DNA of 64,000 nucleotides from Candidatus Poribacteria bacterium (GTDB taxonomy: Bacteria > Poribacteria > WGA-4E > WGA-3G): positions 704,001 to 768,000 of the forward strand of contig CBDANF010000002.1 in assembly GCA_965197475.1 (NCBI GenBank), given 5' to 3'. Each line of letters begins with the position of its first letter. Positions within the stretch are counted from its first letter, which is position 1. Below the pieces are notes generated by a model. It did not search any database, was not told the DNA's origin, and was given only the letters and a program-made list of their open reading frames with translations. Positions 1 to 9,753 of this stretch are shown in pieces. The position numbers were made by a program, and so were the translations under genes.

Positions 1-1
1 T

Positions 2-2014
2 GTGGCAGAACTCATTGATACAGATACCGAGTACGAAGTTGCCATAGAGGTTGCGCTCGCCAGTCGTATACAGAATGTCGTCACCGAAACCGCTGAAGAT
101 GTCGTTGCCGGAATCAACTTTCTGAAGAAACACCGCGCGGGCATAGTTACGTTTCTACCACTTGACACCTTAAGACGTAGGACATTCTCTGATGACGCGC
201 TCCTTGATAAACCAGGGGTTATCGGTATTGCTGAAGAATTGGTGGATTACGATTATACATACGAAATTGCTGTTCAACATCTGTTGGGCAATACGCTCGT
301 CATCGAAAATTTGGATGCTGCAATCGCTCTGACGCGCCGATTCCGACCAAACGCTCGATTGGTCACCTTAGAAGGAGAACTACTCAATACTTTGGGAGAT
401 ATCACTGGAGGGCATACTGGTCAAAAGAAGAGTGGACTTCTCAACCGTGCACGTGAACTTGATGTGTTAAAAACCAAGATCGGAGAATTAACCCAAATTG
501 TCAATCAGAAGGATGAAAAACGCAAATTATACGCCTCAAAAATTGCTGAAACTCAACAAACTCGACAAAAACTTATCGCGCAATTGCAAGACAAACAGAT
601 TGCAAAGGCCGCAATAACAAAAGATATTGAGCAAGCGGACCAAAACATTACTCGTCTTGAAGCACAACTTGCTGAAGTTGAAACGCGAAACAAAGAGTTT
701 CAACAAACCGTTGATCTTTCACTTGAAGCGCAGCAGACACTTGACACAGAGATTGAGGAACTCACCAAAAAACGCAACCAAACAGAACGGCGAATTCAAA
801 GGGTGTCTGAACAGATTGAGAGTGAAAATCGTAAACGTGAGGAGTCCGTTGCGGAATGTCAGGAGATGGAGATCTTTCTGGCTGAACAACGACAAAAATT
901 GGCAGGTTTTATAACCGAACTCGAATCGTTTGATAAACAACAAACTCAAATAGAGCAGAATATTGAAGGGCAACAAGCGATTATAGATTCTGATGAGCAG
1001 ACTAAACACGATATCGCTGAGCAAATTGTCAACGCACAACGTGAATTCCTACGGGTTGAGGGAGATCGAGCTGAAGCGGAAGCAAAATTTGAGGAACTCA
1101 CTGAAGAACGGGAAACACTCGTGGAGGAGATTGAATCTGTTCAGAAAGAGAGGCGCGGAACCCGAAGGCAGTTTGAGAAACAGAATCGCCGCCGACATCA
1201 ACTTGAAGTGAAAACTACCCAGTTTGAGATGCGGTTAAAATCCATCTCTGCCCGTATCTTTGATAAATATCAAGTGTCAATCGATGAAATTCCTAAACCG
1301 ATGGTTCAAAATGAAGTTTCCGAAAACGAGACGCAATCTACTGCTCCCGCCACTTCAGAACTAAACGAAATTGACTTGATGGACAATATTGAAAAGTTGA
1401 AGGCAGAACTTTCGGCAATGGGAGCAGTCAATCTCAAGGCGATTGAAACACATAAAGAGCACAAGAAACGTTTGGATTTCCAAGTTGCTCAACGTGATGA
1501 TATTGAGCAGTCAATACAATCCATGCATCAAGCAATTCAGAAAATCAATGAAACCTCACGGGATGTGTTCCTAAAAACATTTGAGAAAGTTAAGATCAAT
1601 TTCCAAGAGGTTTTTGCCCAACTCTTTGGTGGCGGTGAAACAGAATTGCGGTTGACCGACGAATCGAATATCCTTGAATCTGGTGTTGAGATTATCGCTC
1701 GTCCACCGGGGAAACGCCCACAAAGCATTACGCAACTTTCTGGGGGTGAACGTTCCCTTGTCGCAATCGGATTACTGTTTGCTGTCTTCAAAATTAAGCC
1801 GAGTCCCTTCTGTGTGCTTGATGAAGTGGATGCTGCGCTTGACGAAGCAAATGTGCTACGTTTCACAAATCTCATTCGTGCCTATTCGCATAACACACAG
1901 TTCGTGATTATCACACATAACAAGCGCACCATGGAGATCGCTGATGTGATGTACGGTGTGACGATGGAACAAGCCGGTATGTCAAAAATTGTCTCAGCCA
2001 AGTTTGCAGCATAG
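2..2014 (+). CDS. smc: Chromosome segregation protein SMC, C-terminal part (5' truncated by window edge)
   Basis: Hinge (GIVTFLPLD, VTLEGE), long coiled coil, ABC signature LSGGE, Walker B/D-loop CVLDEVDAALD, ITHNK. Confidence 0.97.
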   Translation: MAELIDTDTEYEVAIEVALASRIQNVVTETAEDVVAGINFLKKHRAGIVTFLPLDTLRRRTFSDDALLDKPGVIGIAEELVDYDYTYEIAVQHLLGNTLVIENLDAAIALTRRFRPNARLVTLEGELLNTLGDITGGHTGQKKSGLLNRARELDVLKTKIGELTQIVNQKDEKRKLYASKIAETQQTRQKLIAQLQDKQIAKAAITKDIEQADQNITRLEAQLAEVETRNKEFQQTVDLSLEAQQTLDTEIEELTKKRNQTERRIQRVSEQIESENRKREESVAECQEMEIFLAEQRQKLAGFITELESFDKQQTQIEQNIEGQQAIIDSDEQTKHDIAEQIVNAQREFLRVEGDRAEAEAKFEELTEERETLVEEIESVQKERRGTRRQFEKQNRRRHQLEVKTTQFEMRLKSISARIFDKYQVSIDEIPKPMVQNEVSENETQSTAPATSELNEIDLMDNIEKLKAELSAMGAVNLKAIETHKEHKKRLDFQVAQRDDIEQSIQSMHQAIQKINETSRDVFLKTFEKVKINFQEVFAQLFGGGETELRLTDESNILESGVEIIARPPGKRPQSITQLSGGERSLVAIGLLFAVFKIKPSPFCVLDEVDAALDEANVLRFTNLIRAYSHNTQFVIITHNKRTMEIADVMYGVTMEQAGMSKIVSAKFAA

Positions 2015-2053
2015 ATTGTGCTTCTATCTAACCGTTCCACACAATACCAAATA

Positions 2054-3022
2054 ATGCCCCAGTTCAATCGTTCTCACCTTAAAATCCTGCCGCTTTCTGA
2101 ACGCCAACACAAAATGACTGTGGCGGACATCTATGCATTAGATGCCGAAACCCCGCCTTATGAAAATGAACGACTCAACATCGTTGCTGAACGAATTGTC
2201 CAGGCCTATAAAAACAGTAAACAGGTTATTTGGATGATGGGCGCACATGTGATGCGTCGCGGTAATTCCCGCTTTATCATTGATTTAATGGAGCGAGGTG
2301 TAATAACACATATTGCGACTAACGGCGCATGCGCTATCCACGATTTTGAATTGGCACACATCGGCGCAACGCTTGAAGATGTTGAGATTTACATACGGGA
2401 TGGTAAGTTTGGCAACTGGGAGGAAACGGGACGCTATCTGAACGAAGCTATCGTTCGAGGCTACCGAGACAAAATTGGTTTTGGAGAGGCAGTCGGTAGG
2501 TTAATTCAGGAAGGAGAAACGGATATCTCTTTTCCGCACCGTGATGTGAGTTTCTTTGCGGCAGCATCCCGATTAGGCGTGCCAATTACTGTTCACAAAG
2601 GCATCGGTTACGATATAACCGACCAGCATCCCACTGCAGATTATGCCGCAATTGGCTGGACAACAGGGGAGGACTTTCTCCGTTTTGTTCACACTGTTTC
2701 ACTACTGGAAGGTGGCGTTTTTCTGAACTTAGGTTCTGCCGTTATGGGACCGGAAGTTTACCTCAAAAGCCTATCTATGGCGCGGAACATTGCAGCACAA
2801 CGCGGAGAGGAAATCCGTCATTTTACCCCCGCTAATTTCGATCTGATCGATTTTTCAGATTTTCAGGAGGAGGGAAAACCCACCGATGCACATTATTATC
2901 ACCGTCCCAAAAAGACGATTCTCATTCGTACTGTTAAGGATGGTGGAGAGAGTTATCATATCTCAGGTGATTTTTCTGTTACTGTCCCGCAATTGTATCG
3001 GTTGATAACTACATCCGGATAA
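2054..3022 (+). CDS. Deoxyhypusine-synthase-like NAD-binding hypothetical protein
   Basis: MMGAHV, IATNGACAIHDFE, TVH.GIG.DI and NLGSAVMGPEVYLK resemble DHS-like proteins; ATG at 2054 preferred over GTG at 2018. Confidence 0.6.
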   Translation: MPQFNRSHLKILPLSERQHKMTVADIYALDAETPPYENERLNIVAERIVQAYKNSKQVIWMMGAHVMRRGNSRFIIDLMERGVITHIATNGACAIHDFELAHIGATLEDVEIYIRDGKFGNWEETGRYLNEAIVRGYRDKIGFGEAVGRLIQEGETDISFPHRDVSFFAAASRLGVPITVHKGIGYDITDQHPTADYAAIGWTTGEDFLRFVHTVSLLEGGVFLNLGSAVMGPEVYLKSLSMARNIAAQRGEEIRHFTPANFDLIDFSDFQEEGKPTDAHYYHRPKKTILIRTVKDGGESYHISGDFSVTVPQLYRLITTSG

Positions 3023-3196
3023 AGTTATAGAAAAACAGAAGTGTCTATTGGAATCCGTTTATTAAGCTGGTGGAAGGTCTATTGAACCGATAAAAGATGT
3101 ACAGGCTCAGCCTGGTTCCGACATACGCGGATCGACATCGCGGGTTCAAAGAACAAACGCCCGCACCATAAGCGTCAATTTAGTGCCATATATGCT

Positions 3197-3255
3197 TGTG
3201 GGAGGCGTTTTTAACGCCGATAACAAATCGGGCGGACAAGGGTTTCCCTCCCACA
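3197..3255. repeat. REP doublet (REPIN-like), GTGG type
   Basis: TGTGGGAGG...CCTCCCACA inverted ends; inner GGCGTTTTTAACGCC hairpin; CCGAT-aacaa-ATCGG centre. Confidence 0.6.
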
Positions 3256-3260
3256 GTGTC

Positions 3261-3287
3261 GGTAGGTGCGGTTAGGAAAACGAACCA
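3261..3287 (+). repeat. GTAG-type REP-like sequence
   Basis: GGTAGGTGCGGTTAGGAAAACGAACC; related copy at 35418-35445. Confidence 0.5.
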
Positions 3288-3318
3288 CTATATTGGAATC
3301 AAGTTAATTTGGTATTAG

Positions 3319-3483
3319 ACACCTGCTCAGGCAGCAGCGATCCGAGCTGAACAAGCGCAAGCAAGAGATGATCGGAAGCCATTGCGAGGCAGCACGCAGA
3401 GGAAGAAATTGCCCAACAACGAGAGGAAATTGAGCGGTTGCGGACTTTAACTACGACATCCCAGATGGATTCTCAAGAGTAGT
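3319..3483 (+). pseudogene. Remnant coiled-coil tail, probably of a Uma2-family protein
   Basis: TPAQAAAIRAEQAQAR, then a frameshift, then EAIARQHAEEEIAQQREEIERLR...stop; no start codon; abuts a TTGGTATTA IS630-type end. Confidence 0.45.
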
Positions 3484-3516
3484 GCCACTTCTGCCAAACA
3501 GAAACTTGTCGAAAAA

Positions 3517-4224
3517 TTATTTTCGGACATTAAGCAGCTCAGGCAATTCAGAGAGCCTCCGAATAGTTTCACCCCATCTGTCAACGTGCGGCTCTTCTCG
3601 ATCGATCAGTATTGGACGAATCCCTACCCCTTGTGCCCCAATAATATCTGCTTCATAAGTATCGCCTACGTGCACAGTTTCTTCTGCCGAAACCCCAACT
3701 GCTTCTAACGTGTACTCGAATATATGTGGATCAGGTTTCGCTGATCTGACACGGGTATCATGTGAGGCGACAATTATGTCGAAATAGTGGGCAATACCGA
3801 GCCGCTCGGCGAGTGGATCCAATGGTGTATCCCAATTTGAGACAATCGCTAACTTATATCCATCATCACGCAAACGTTGGAGCGTTGGGATAACGTCGTC
3901 GTAGAGCGTGGCAACATTGGCAGCAAAGAGCGAGTGTCCAGCTTGCAACAATTCCCATGCCATCTGTTCTGCATGTTCCTGAACACCGAGTTGTCGGACA
4001 AATTCGTAGTAACTATCTACAATTTTTTGCATTGTGTCAAGCAGAGAGTGTGTAGTAGGGTCCGAATCTGACGCATCCGCAAACAGATTCTCTACTGCTG
4101 CTGCATAATGTTCCCAGTTAATTTCAAATTGGTACCGATCTGCAATTTTTTGGAGACTATCTTCAAGCGGCAGTCCCCAAACACATAAAGTTCTATAAAA
4201 ATCAAAGAATACTGCTTTTATCAT
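3517..4224 (-). CDS. HAD-IA family hydrolase
   Basis: FFDFYRTL motif I, IVSNWD, KPDPHIF, HVGDTYEADI. Confidence 0.9.
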   Translation of the reverse strand: MIKAVFFDFYRTLCVWGLPLEDSLQKIADRYQFEINWEHYAAAVENLFADASDSDPTTHSLLDTMQKIVDSYYEFVRQLGVQEHAEQMAWELLQAGHSLFAANVATLYDDVIPTLQRLRDDGYKLAIVSNWDTPLDPLAERLGIAHYFDIIVASHDTRVRSAKPDPHIFEYTLEAVGVSAEETVHVGDTYEADIIGAQGVGIRPILIDREEPHVDRWGETIRRLSELPELLNVRK

Positions 4225-4238
4225 TTTGAATGCTTGTC

Positions 4239-4973
4239 CTATTTGTAACGCGTAGGATCAGAAATACCTGTGTCTTCAAAACCTTTTTTGCGGAGTAAGC
4301 AACTATCGCATCTACCACATGCTCGCGCATCCATATCAGGATCATAACAACTAAGTGTAAGGCTATAGTCAACGCTAAGTGCTGTCCCAATTTGGATTAT
4401 CTCTGCTTTTGTTTTATCAATAAGTGGAGTACAGATTGTGAGTTTTGTCTTACCTTCAACACCTGCTTGCGTTGCGAGGTTTGCCATCTTTTGATAGGCT
4501 TGTATATATTCGGGACGGCAATCTGGATATCCGCTGTAGTCAATAGCATTTACGCCAATAAAAATGGTATCGGCGGTGAGCACCTCGGCCCATGCAAGTG
4601 CAAAGGAGAGAAAGATGGTGTTCCGAGCAGGGACATAAGTAATCGGTATGCTACCACCCACTTCAGTTTCTGATCTACCTTTGGGTACCTCAATGTCTGC
4701 TGTCAAGGCTGATGCACCGAACATACGTAGGTCAATGTCAATAATGGTATGCTGCTTTGCACCTAATGACTTTGCGATGTTTTTTGCACATTTTAGTTCC
4801 ACCCTATTCCGCTGACCATACCGAAAACTCATCACATAGGTATCATAACCCTCGTCGCGTGCGATTGCTAAGGTAGTGGTTGAATCTAAGCCTCCGCTCA
4901 GTAGGACGACTGCTTTTGGTGTTTCTTGAGAATCACTGAGACGCACTGTATTTTTTGGCAATTCTTTTCTCAA
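4239..4973 (-). CDS. queC: 7-cyano-7-deazaguanine synthase
   Basis: [24 protein letters not shown]-terminal SCY...CGRCDSC. Confidence 0.96.
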   Translation of the reverse strand: MRKELPKNTVRLSDSQETPKAVVLLSGGLDSTTTLAIARDEGYDTYVMSFRYGQRNRVELKCAKNIAKSLGAKQHTIIDIDLRMFGASALTADIEVPKGRSETEVGGSIPITYVPARNTIFLSFALAWAEVLTADTIFIGVNAIDYSGYPDCRPEYIQAYQKMANLATQAGVEGKTKLTICTPLIDKTKAEIIQIGTALSVDYSLTLSCYDPDMDARACGRCDSCLLRKKGFEDTGISDPTRYK

Positions 4974-5021
4974 TTATATGAATGGGACGGCATTGAGCCG
5001 TCCCTACAAAGATTTCGCGTG

Positions 5022-5548
5022 TTATTCGCTTTCAAACTCAAGTTTAGCAAAACGTAGAAAGATTCCGCCTCCCGGCCTACCAAGAGGACCGTTGATAGCC
5101 AAACATGCGATGACATGTTTAGCACCCGGTTCAGCACTATCGGATACAACCACGCGTTGCGGCGCATTGAAACCTGAAGCAGCACCACGACCCGACTCAC
5201 CGAAAGCCAAGTCAATTTCGCCATTGACCCAAACTTCACCGTAGTCATCAATACAAGTGTGAAACCACACTTTTGAACCAGCAACGGACTTCCCATCTAC
5301 TTCTTCTGGAATAGTGACAGTAATCCGATACCAACCGAAGCAGAGACCTGTTAAGACGATTTCTTGAATATTTTCACAAATTCCCAACCGGAATCGTCAT
5401 AATCGGCATTACGCGCTGGCGATTCTGGCATCTGATCAACTAAACCGCCGTTTGGCTCACCGGGGACGAGTCCCGCGGCAAAACGCCATTGGGCATTTGT
5501 GAGTTCAAGATGTTCAGCATTTTCTAAATCAAGTTCAGCAATAATCAT
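5022..5548 (-). pseudogene. Hypothetical jelly-roll (GH2 sugar-binding-like) protein, one frameshift near 5385
   Basis: ORFs 5351-5584 and 5022-5387 join as DYDDSGWE/ICENI...GWYRITVTIPE...IDDYGEVWVNG if one A is restored; ATG at 5548 overlaps the MFS stop (ATGA). Confidence 0.65.
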
Positions 5549-6783
5549 AGGTGTTCCTTCCTTAGTTTTGATTGAGTGTGCCAAAGTTTATAGGCTATAC
5601 TTGTTGAACAAATCAGGAAAAATCCTGCGACAATAAATGGTACATAAACTGAAATGTTAATTAAAAATCCACTTGCGACAAAACCGAGAAGAAACCCGGT
5701 GCTCCAAGCTAAATGTGTTATGCCAACACCATGTCCCTTCTCATCGGGGTTAGTGAATTCATTGATGAACCGTGGGATAGTAGTTGAGAGCGCCCATGCA
5801 GCACCTGCACCGAGTATCCCGAAGATTTCCAGACCAATTAACGAGTTATGAAAAAATGCCAATCCAAAAGCGAGAATTGTAACGACTGCATTTGCGACTA
5901 AAGCCGGAATTCGATGACCTACTCCATCACAAATCCTTCCAGTAATAAATTGGCATGTAAAAGCAAACATTAGACTAACAGCACCGTAATAACCTGTAAC
6001 TTTATCCCCCGCAATCCGAGAAATAAGGATCGGCATAAGCAGGCTTACTGATCCCCAATAGTAGGTTGGAAAAACGCGTAAACCGATTAACATCCGTATT
6101 TCAGGTCTGCGACATAAGTTTAAGTACTTCCCGGCGTTTAGGGTTGATTTCCAAATTTCTTCCTGCTTCTGTTGAATGTTGCCAACATATTGTTTAAGAC
6201 GAGGTAGAAAGAAACATGCACTAACAAACAGTAAACCGGACAGAAATACCGCGCTAGTTCCAAAAATGTTATAGTTGATACGACTGATAATCTCGCCTTT
6301 GTCATTGAGCCGACCAATAACCTCGCCAGCGATGGCACTACCGATTGCATTTCCGACAGTGCTACTAATAAAGTACATTCCTGTTGCGAAACCTAAACGA
6401 TTCGGTGGCACAGCACTAATGAGATATGATTGTCCTCCCGCGGTTTTGAATCCGGATGCGATGCCTTCATAGCAGAGAATACCCCATATCAACCACGGTA
6501 TTTGTGTCGTAAATAGGCTTCCTATTACTACCGCACCGGTCATACCGATAAGTAGCGTTAGTTTTCGTCCGAATCGATCACTAAGCGTCCCACCGATGAG
6601 TGCTGTTATTCCACCGAGTCCGATTGGTATTGCACGTAACAACGCAGCGAATAGTGCGTTTTTTTCTAAAACTGATTCGGCGTATACCGGAAAGAATAGG
6701 TGCACTGGTCCAGTAATCAAACCGATCACAAACACGATGAGACAGAGAGAAATAAATCCTTGAGTCCACATCAGATCACGCAA
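5545..6783 (-). CDS. MFS transporter
   Basis: About 12 hydrophobic segments; motif A GGTLSDRFGRK. Confidence 0.9.
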   Translation of the reverse strand: MRDLMWTQGFISLCLIVFVIGLITGPVHLFFPVYAESVLEKNALFAALLRAIPIGLGGITALIGGTLSDRFGRKLTLLIGMTGAVVIGSLFTTQIPWLIWGILCYEGIASGFKTAGGQSYLISAVPPNRLGFATGMYFISSTVGNAIGSAIAGEVIGRLNDKGEIISRINYNIFGTSAVFLSGLLFVSACFFLPRLKQYVGNIQQKQEEIWKSTLNAGKYLNLCRRPEIRMLIGLRVFPTYYWGSVSLLMPILISRIAGDKVTGYYGAVSLMFAFTCQFITGRICDGVGHRIPALVANAVVTILAFGLAFFHNSLIGLEIFGILGAGAAWALSTTIPRFINEFTNPDEKGHGVGITHLAWSTGFLLGFVASGFLINISVYVPFIVAGFFLICSTSIAYKLWHTQSKLRKEHL

Positions 6784-6835
6784 GGAACATGGTCATAGTA
6801 GAAATCCTGTCTATCCATTGATATGGGTTGGCAGT

Positions 6836-8464
6836 TTATTGGCTCAATCGTATCAGACTTTCTGTAATATTCGGTGCAGCGGTGCCGAGTCCACAAGCAC
6901 TTGTCGCTTTCATCACTGTCCCGATTTCCGCAATCAGTTCTTTTGATTTCGGGTGCAGCGGTTCAGACAACAATTCCGTGAGTCGATGTGTTCCGATACG
7001 ACACGGGAAACATTTTCCACAAGATTCTTCAGCGAAAAATTCCATTGCGTTGCGCGCCACGTCAAGCATATCTCGTGTGTTATCAAACACCATGATACCA
7101 GCTGCACCGAGCATCGCGCCCACTTTTTGGAAACTTGGCTCATCAATAGTGATATCTAATTCGCTTTCACCGATAAATCCACCTGATAACCCTGCCGATG
7201 TAATCGCTTGAATTGAACGTCCTTCTTCCGGTCCGTCTGCCCATTCATAAAGTAGTGTCTTTAGTGGAAGTCCGAACGGCACCTCATAATTCCCAGGCTT
7301 TTGTATATCTCCAGAGAGGCTAATGATTTTTGTGCCTGCCAGATTTTTATCATAACTCAAATTTTTATACCATTCGGCACCGTGTCGAAGAATCTGCGAA
7401 GCGGCGGCGAGTGTCTCCACGTTATTTACCACAGTAGGTAAGTTTTCAAAGCCGTGTGTCACAGGGTAGGGCGGTCGGTTTCTTGGAAAGGGATGTTTTC
7501 CTTCCAAACTGTTCAACAACGAACCTTCTTCGCCACAGACATAAGCACCAGCACCGCGCCGAATATAGATATGAAAATTAAATTGTTCTCCGAGGATAGC
7601 ATCACCAATCAATCCTTCTGCTTCTGCTTCAGCGAGTGCGTGTTCAAGTGTTTTTAAGGTTTCTGGATATTCATATCGGAGATAGATAAAGCCTCGCGTC
7701 GCGCCAGTTGCATAAGAGGCGAGTGTCATCCCTTCAATTACCGCATGCGGCGCGTAATCAAGAATAACCCGATCCTTGAAACAGCCCGGTTCGCCTTCAT
7801 CCGCATTGCAGACAATCGTTTTCGGTTCACCGGGAGCATTCAGAACCGATTCCCACTTCATACCTGTGGGAAATCCTGCGCCACCTCTACCAGCAAGTTG
7901 ACTCTCTTTGAGTGTATCAATAACTTCTTCGGGTGTAAGGGACGTTACCGCGTGTTTTAATGCTTCATATCCACCAGCACGTTGATAACCAGCAAGCGTC
8001 CTGCGGTTCGGTTCGCGGATCTCTGCAAAGATACATTCTTCGCCATCCCCCGGATATGGGGGCGGTAAAGGGGTAGGTTGAACAGAAAGCGTGTCCGCTT
8101 GTTTTCCTGTGAGGACTTTATGCCCTTTTAGAACAGGGATACAATCGTCGCATCTTCCAGCACACGGCATTGCGGTAGCACCTTCGTTTCTTAGTGCCTC
8201 AAAAATTTCTAATCCGCCTTGCAAACGACAAACTGGACCGGTACAGACACGCGGTACGTTCTGTCCTGGTGCTTCAAGCGCAAAGTGGTGATAAAAAGTT
8301 AAGGTGCCGAAAAGTTCTGCGAGTGGAATTCGAAGTCCGACTGCAATGTCGCGGAGAGCTGCCTCCGATATAAACCCGTCCCTATCATGGAACGCGTGTA
8401 GTATACCGAGTAATGGCGCAGGTGCATCACGCCATTTTGCAATCAGTTGTACGTTTGTTGGCAT
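6836..8464 (-). CDS. NuoE-NuoF-like fused NAD(H)-binding flavoprotein (diaphorase module)
   Basis: N-terminal 2Fe-2S Cys pattern (VCTGPVC...CAGRC); GRGGAGFPTG, NADEGEPG, GAYVCGEE, ESCGKCFPC...CGLG. Confidence 0.88.
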   Translation of the reverse strand: MPTNVQLIAKWRDAPAPLLGILHAFHDRDGFISEAALRDIAVGLRIPLAELFGTLTFYHHFALEAPGQNVPRVCTGPVCRLQGGLEIFEALRNEGATAMPCAGRCDDCIPVLKGHKVLTGKQADTLSVQPTPLPPPYPGDGEECIFAEIREPNRRTLAGYQRAGGYEALKHAVTSLTPEEVIDTLKESQLAGRGGAGFPTGMKWESVLNAPGEPKTIVCNADEGEPGCFKDRVILDYAPHAVIEGMTLASYATGATRGFIYLRYEYPETLKTLEHALAEAEAEGLIGDAILGEQFNFHIYIRRGAGAYVCGEEGSLLNSLEGKHPFPRNRPPYPVTHGFENLPTVVNNVETLAAASQILRHGAEWYKNLSYDKNLAGTKIISLSGDIQKPGNYEVPFGLPLKTLLYEWADGPEEGRSIQAITSAGLSGGFIGESELDITIDEPSFQKVGAMLGAAGIMVFDNTRDMLDVARNAMEFFAEESCGKCFPCRIGTHRLTELLSEPLHPKSKELIAEIGTVMKATSACGLGTAAPNITESLIRLSQ

Positions 8465-8527
8465 CTATCTCTCCACTGTTATTAACGTCTCTTATAGAAA
8501 ACCTACTGAAAACCGTGTTTGCTAATT

Positions 8528-8556
8528 AGGGTATCAGATTTTCAGGATATGGTCAA
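8528..8556 (-). promoter_or_regulatory. Putative sigma70 promoter for the nuoEF-like operon
   Basis: Minus strand TTGACC-17 bp-TACCCT with TG extension. Confidence 0.4.
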
Positions 8557-8587
8557 CGTTTTTGTTTCTGATATTCCCGAAAAACAA

Positions 8588-8617
8588 TTGACTTCCCATT
8601 ATAATATCTGATATACT
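8588..8617 (+). promoter_or_regulatory. Putative sigma70 promoter for the WD40 gene
   Basis: TTGACT-18 bp-TATACT with TG extension. Confidence 0.5.
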
Positions 8618-8762
8618 TGCAGAAACGGAACCAATAAATTGCTGAACCCAAATTTGTCCTTCACACGACGCATTAATTACTCAGGAGATGACACGATGCA
8701 ATCTAAAATACACTCAGCCCAGCAATCGTCTATTCCAATTCTAAATATTAAACCTACGGAAA

Positions 8763-9674
8763 GTGTACAAGATGAATAACGTTGAATTGTTCAAAAACTG
8801 CACCCAATCCGAACTGCCACGGAGTTTTAAGGAAAGACTCAATAAAAAGCAAGTAACCGAGATTACGTTTTCGCCGAACGGTTCTCAACTTGCCGCGGGC
8901 GGTGACGAACGAATCTGGGTATATGATTTGGACAGCGGCGCACAACTCGCCATGCTTTCAGGACATACTGACCGCATCCGTGCATTAGCATTCGCACCAG
9001 ACAATCGCACCCTCGCCAGTGCAAGTGAGGACAGTACCCTCCGGCTTTGGGACACAGATTCCGCAAACGAAATAGCAATACTCGCAGGAGAATCTTCAAG
9101 TTTAGTGAGTGCGTTAGCATCATCTCCAGACGGAGTACCACTGACCGCGTGGAATGAAGAAACCGCGCGTCTGTTAAGCGGTTCAACTGCTGACCCAGCC
9201 AGAATTAGAGCGTTAACATTTTCATCGGATGGAAAAATCCTCATCAGTGGTGGTGCTGATGGCAAGATTCGCGTGTGGGAATTGGAAACTGGGCGGCAGT
9301 TGTCCTCATTTTCCGCGCATGATGGGTTAGTTTTGGCATTGGCATTCTCACCTGACGGCAAACTGCTCGCCAGTGGTGGATCAGATGCCACAGTGCGGTT
9401 ATGGGAACTGGAAAACAAACATCTTCTTTCAACCTTCACTGCGCATTCAGATTCAGTAAATGCTTTAGCGTTTTCTCTTGATGGTGAAATACTTGCGAGT
9501 GGCGGGAGAGATCCAGAAATCCGGTTGTGGAACGTGAATGCCAGGGGGCTAATGTCCACCATACCAGCACCAGAAGGCTTTATGTGGGAATTAGCATTCT
9601 GGGAAAGCAACCAAACCAATGGACAGCAGCTTGTCAGTGTAAGCAGGGATGGTCTGCTTTTTGTGAGGGAATGA
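8763..9674 (+). CDS. WD40 repeat protein
   Basis: Repeated GH/AH...LAFSPDG..LASGG.D.T(V/L)RLW units. An AGGAG-preceded ATG at 8696 is out of frame, so the start is uncertain or frameshifted. Confidence 0.9.
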   Translation: MYKMNNVELFKNCTQSELPRSFKERLNKKQVTEITFSPNGSQLAAGGDERIWVYDLDSGAQLAMLSGHTDRIRALAFAPDNRTLASASEDSTLRLWDTDSANEIAILAGESSSLVSALASSPDGVPLTAWNEETARLLSGSTADPARIRALTFSSDGKILISGGADGKIRVWELETGRQLSSFSAHDGLVLALAFSPDGKLLASGGSDATVRLWELENKHLLSTFTAHSDSVNALAFSLDGEILASGGRDPEIRLWNVNARGLMSTIPAPEGFMWELAFWESNQTNGQQLVSVSRDGLLFVRE

Positions 9675-9753
9675 TATAAACTTAACCCCTTCCCAGATTT
9701 TTTGACGAAGATATTATCAGGAATAATCTTTTTAATGCCCATTGTGAAATTCT

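Noticed and set aside
4239-4973. queC as part of a Dpd or QatABCD defence system
   Set aside because: Canonical-length QueC; no dpdA, TatD or ATPase partners adjacent
6836-8464. Respiratory complex I operon or hydrogenase
   Set aside because: No other nuo, hox or hyd subunits in the window
8885-9742. 285-aa minus-strand ORF
   Set aside because: Antisense shadow of the WD40 gene with no motifs
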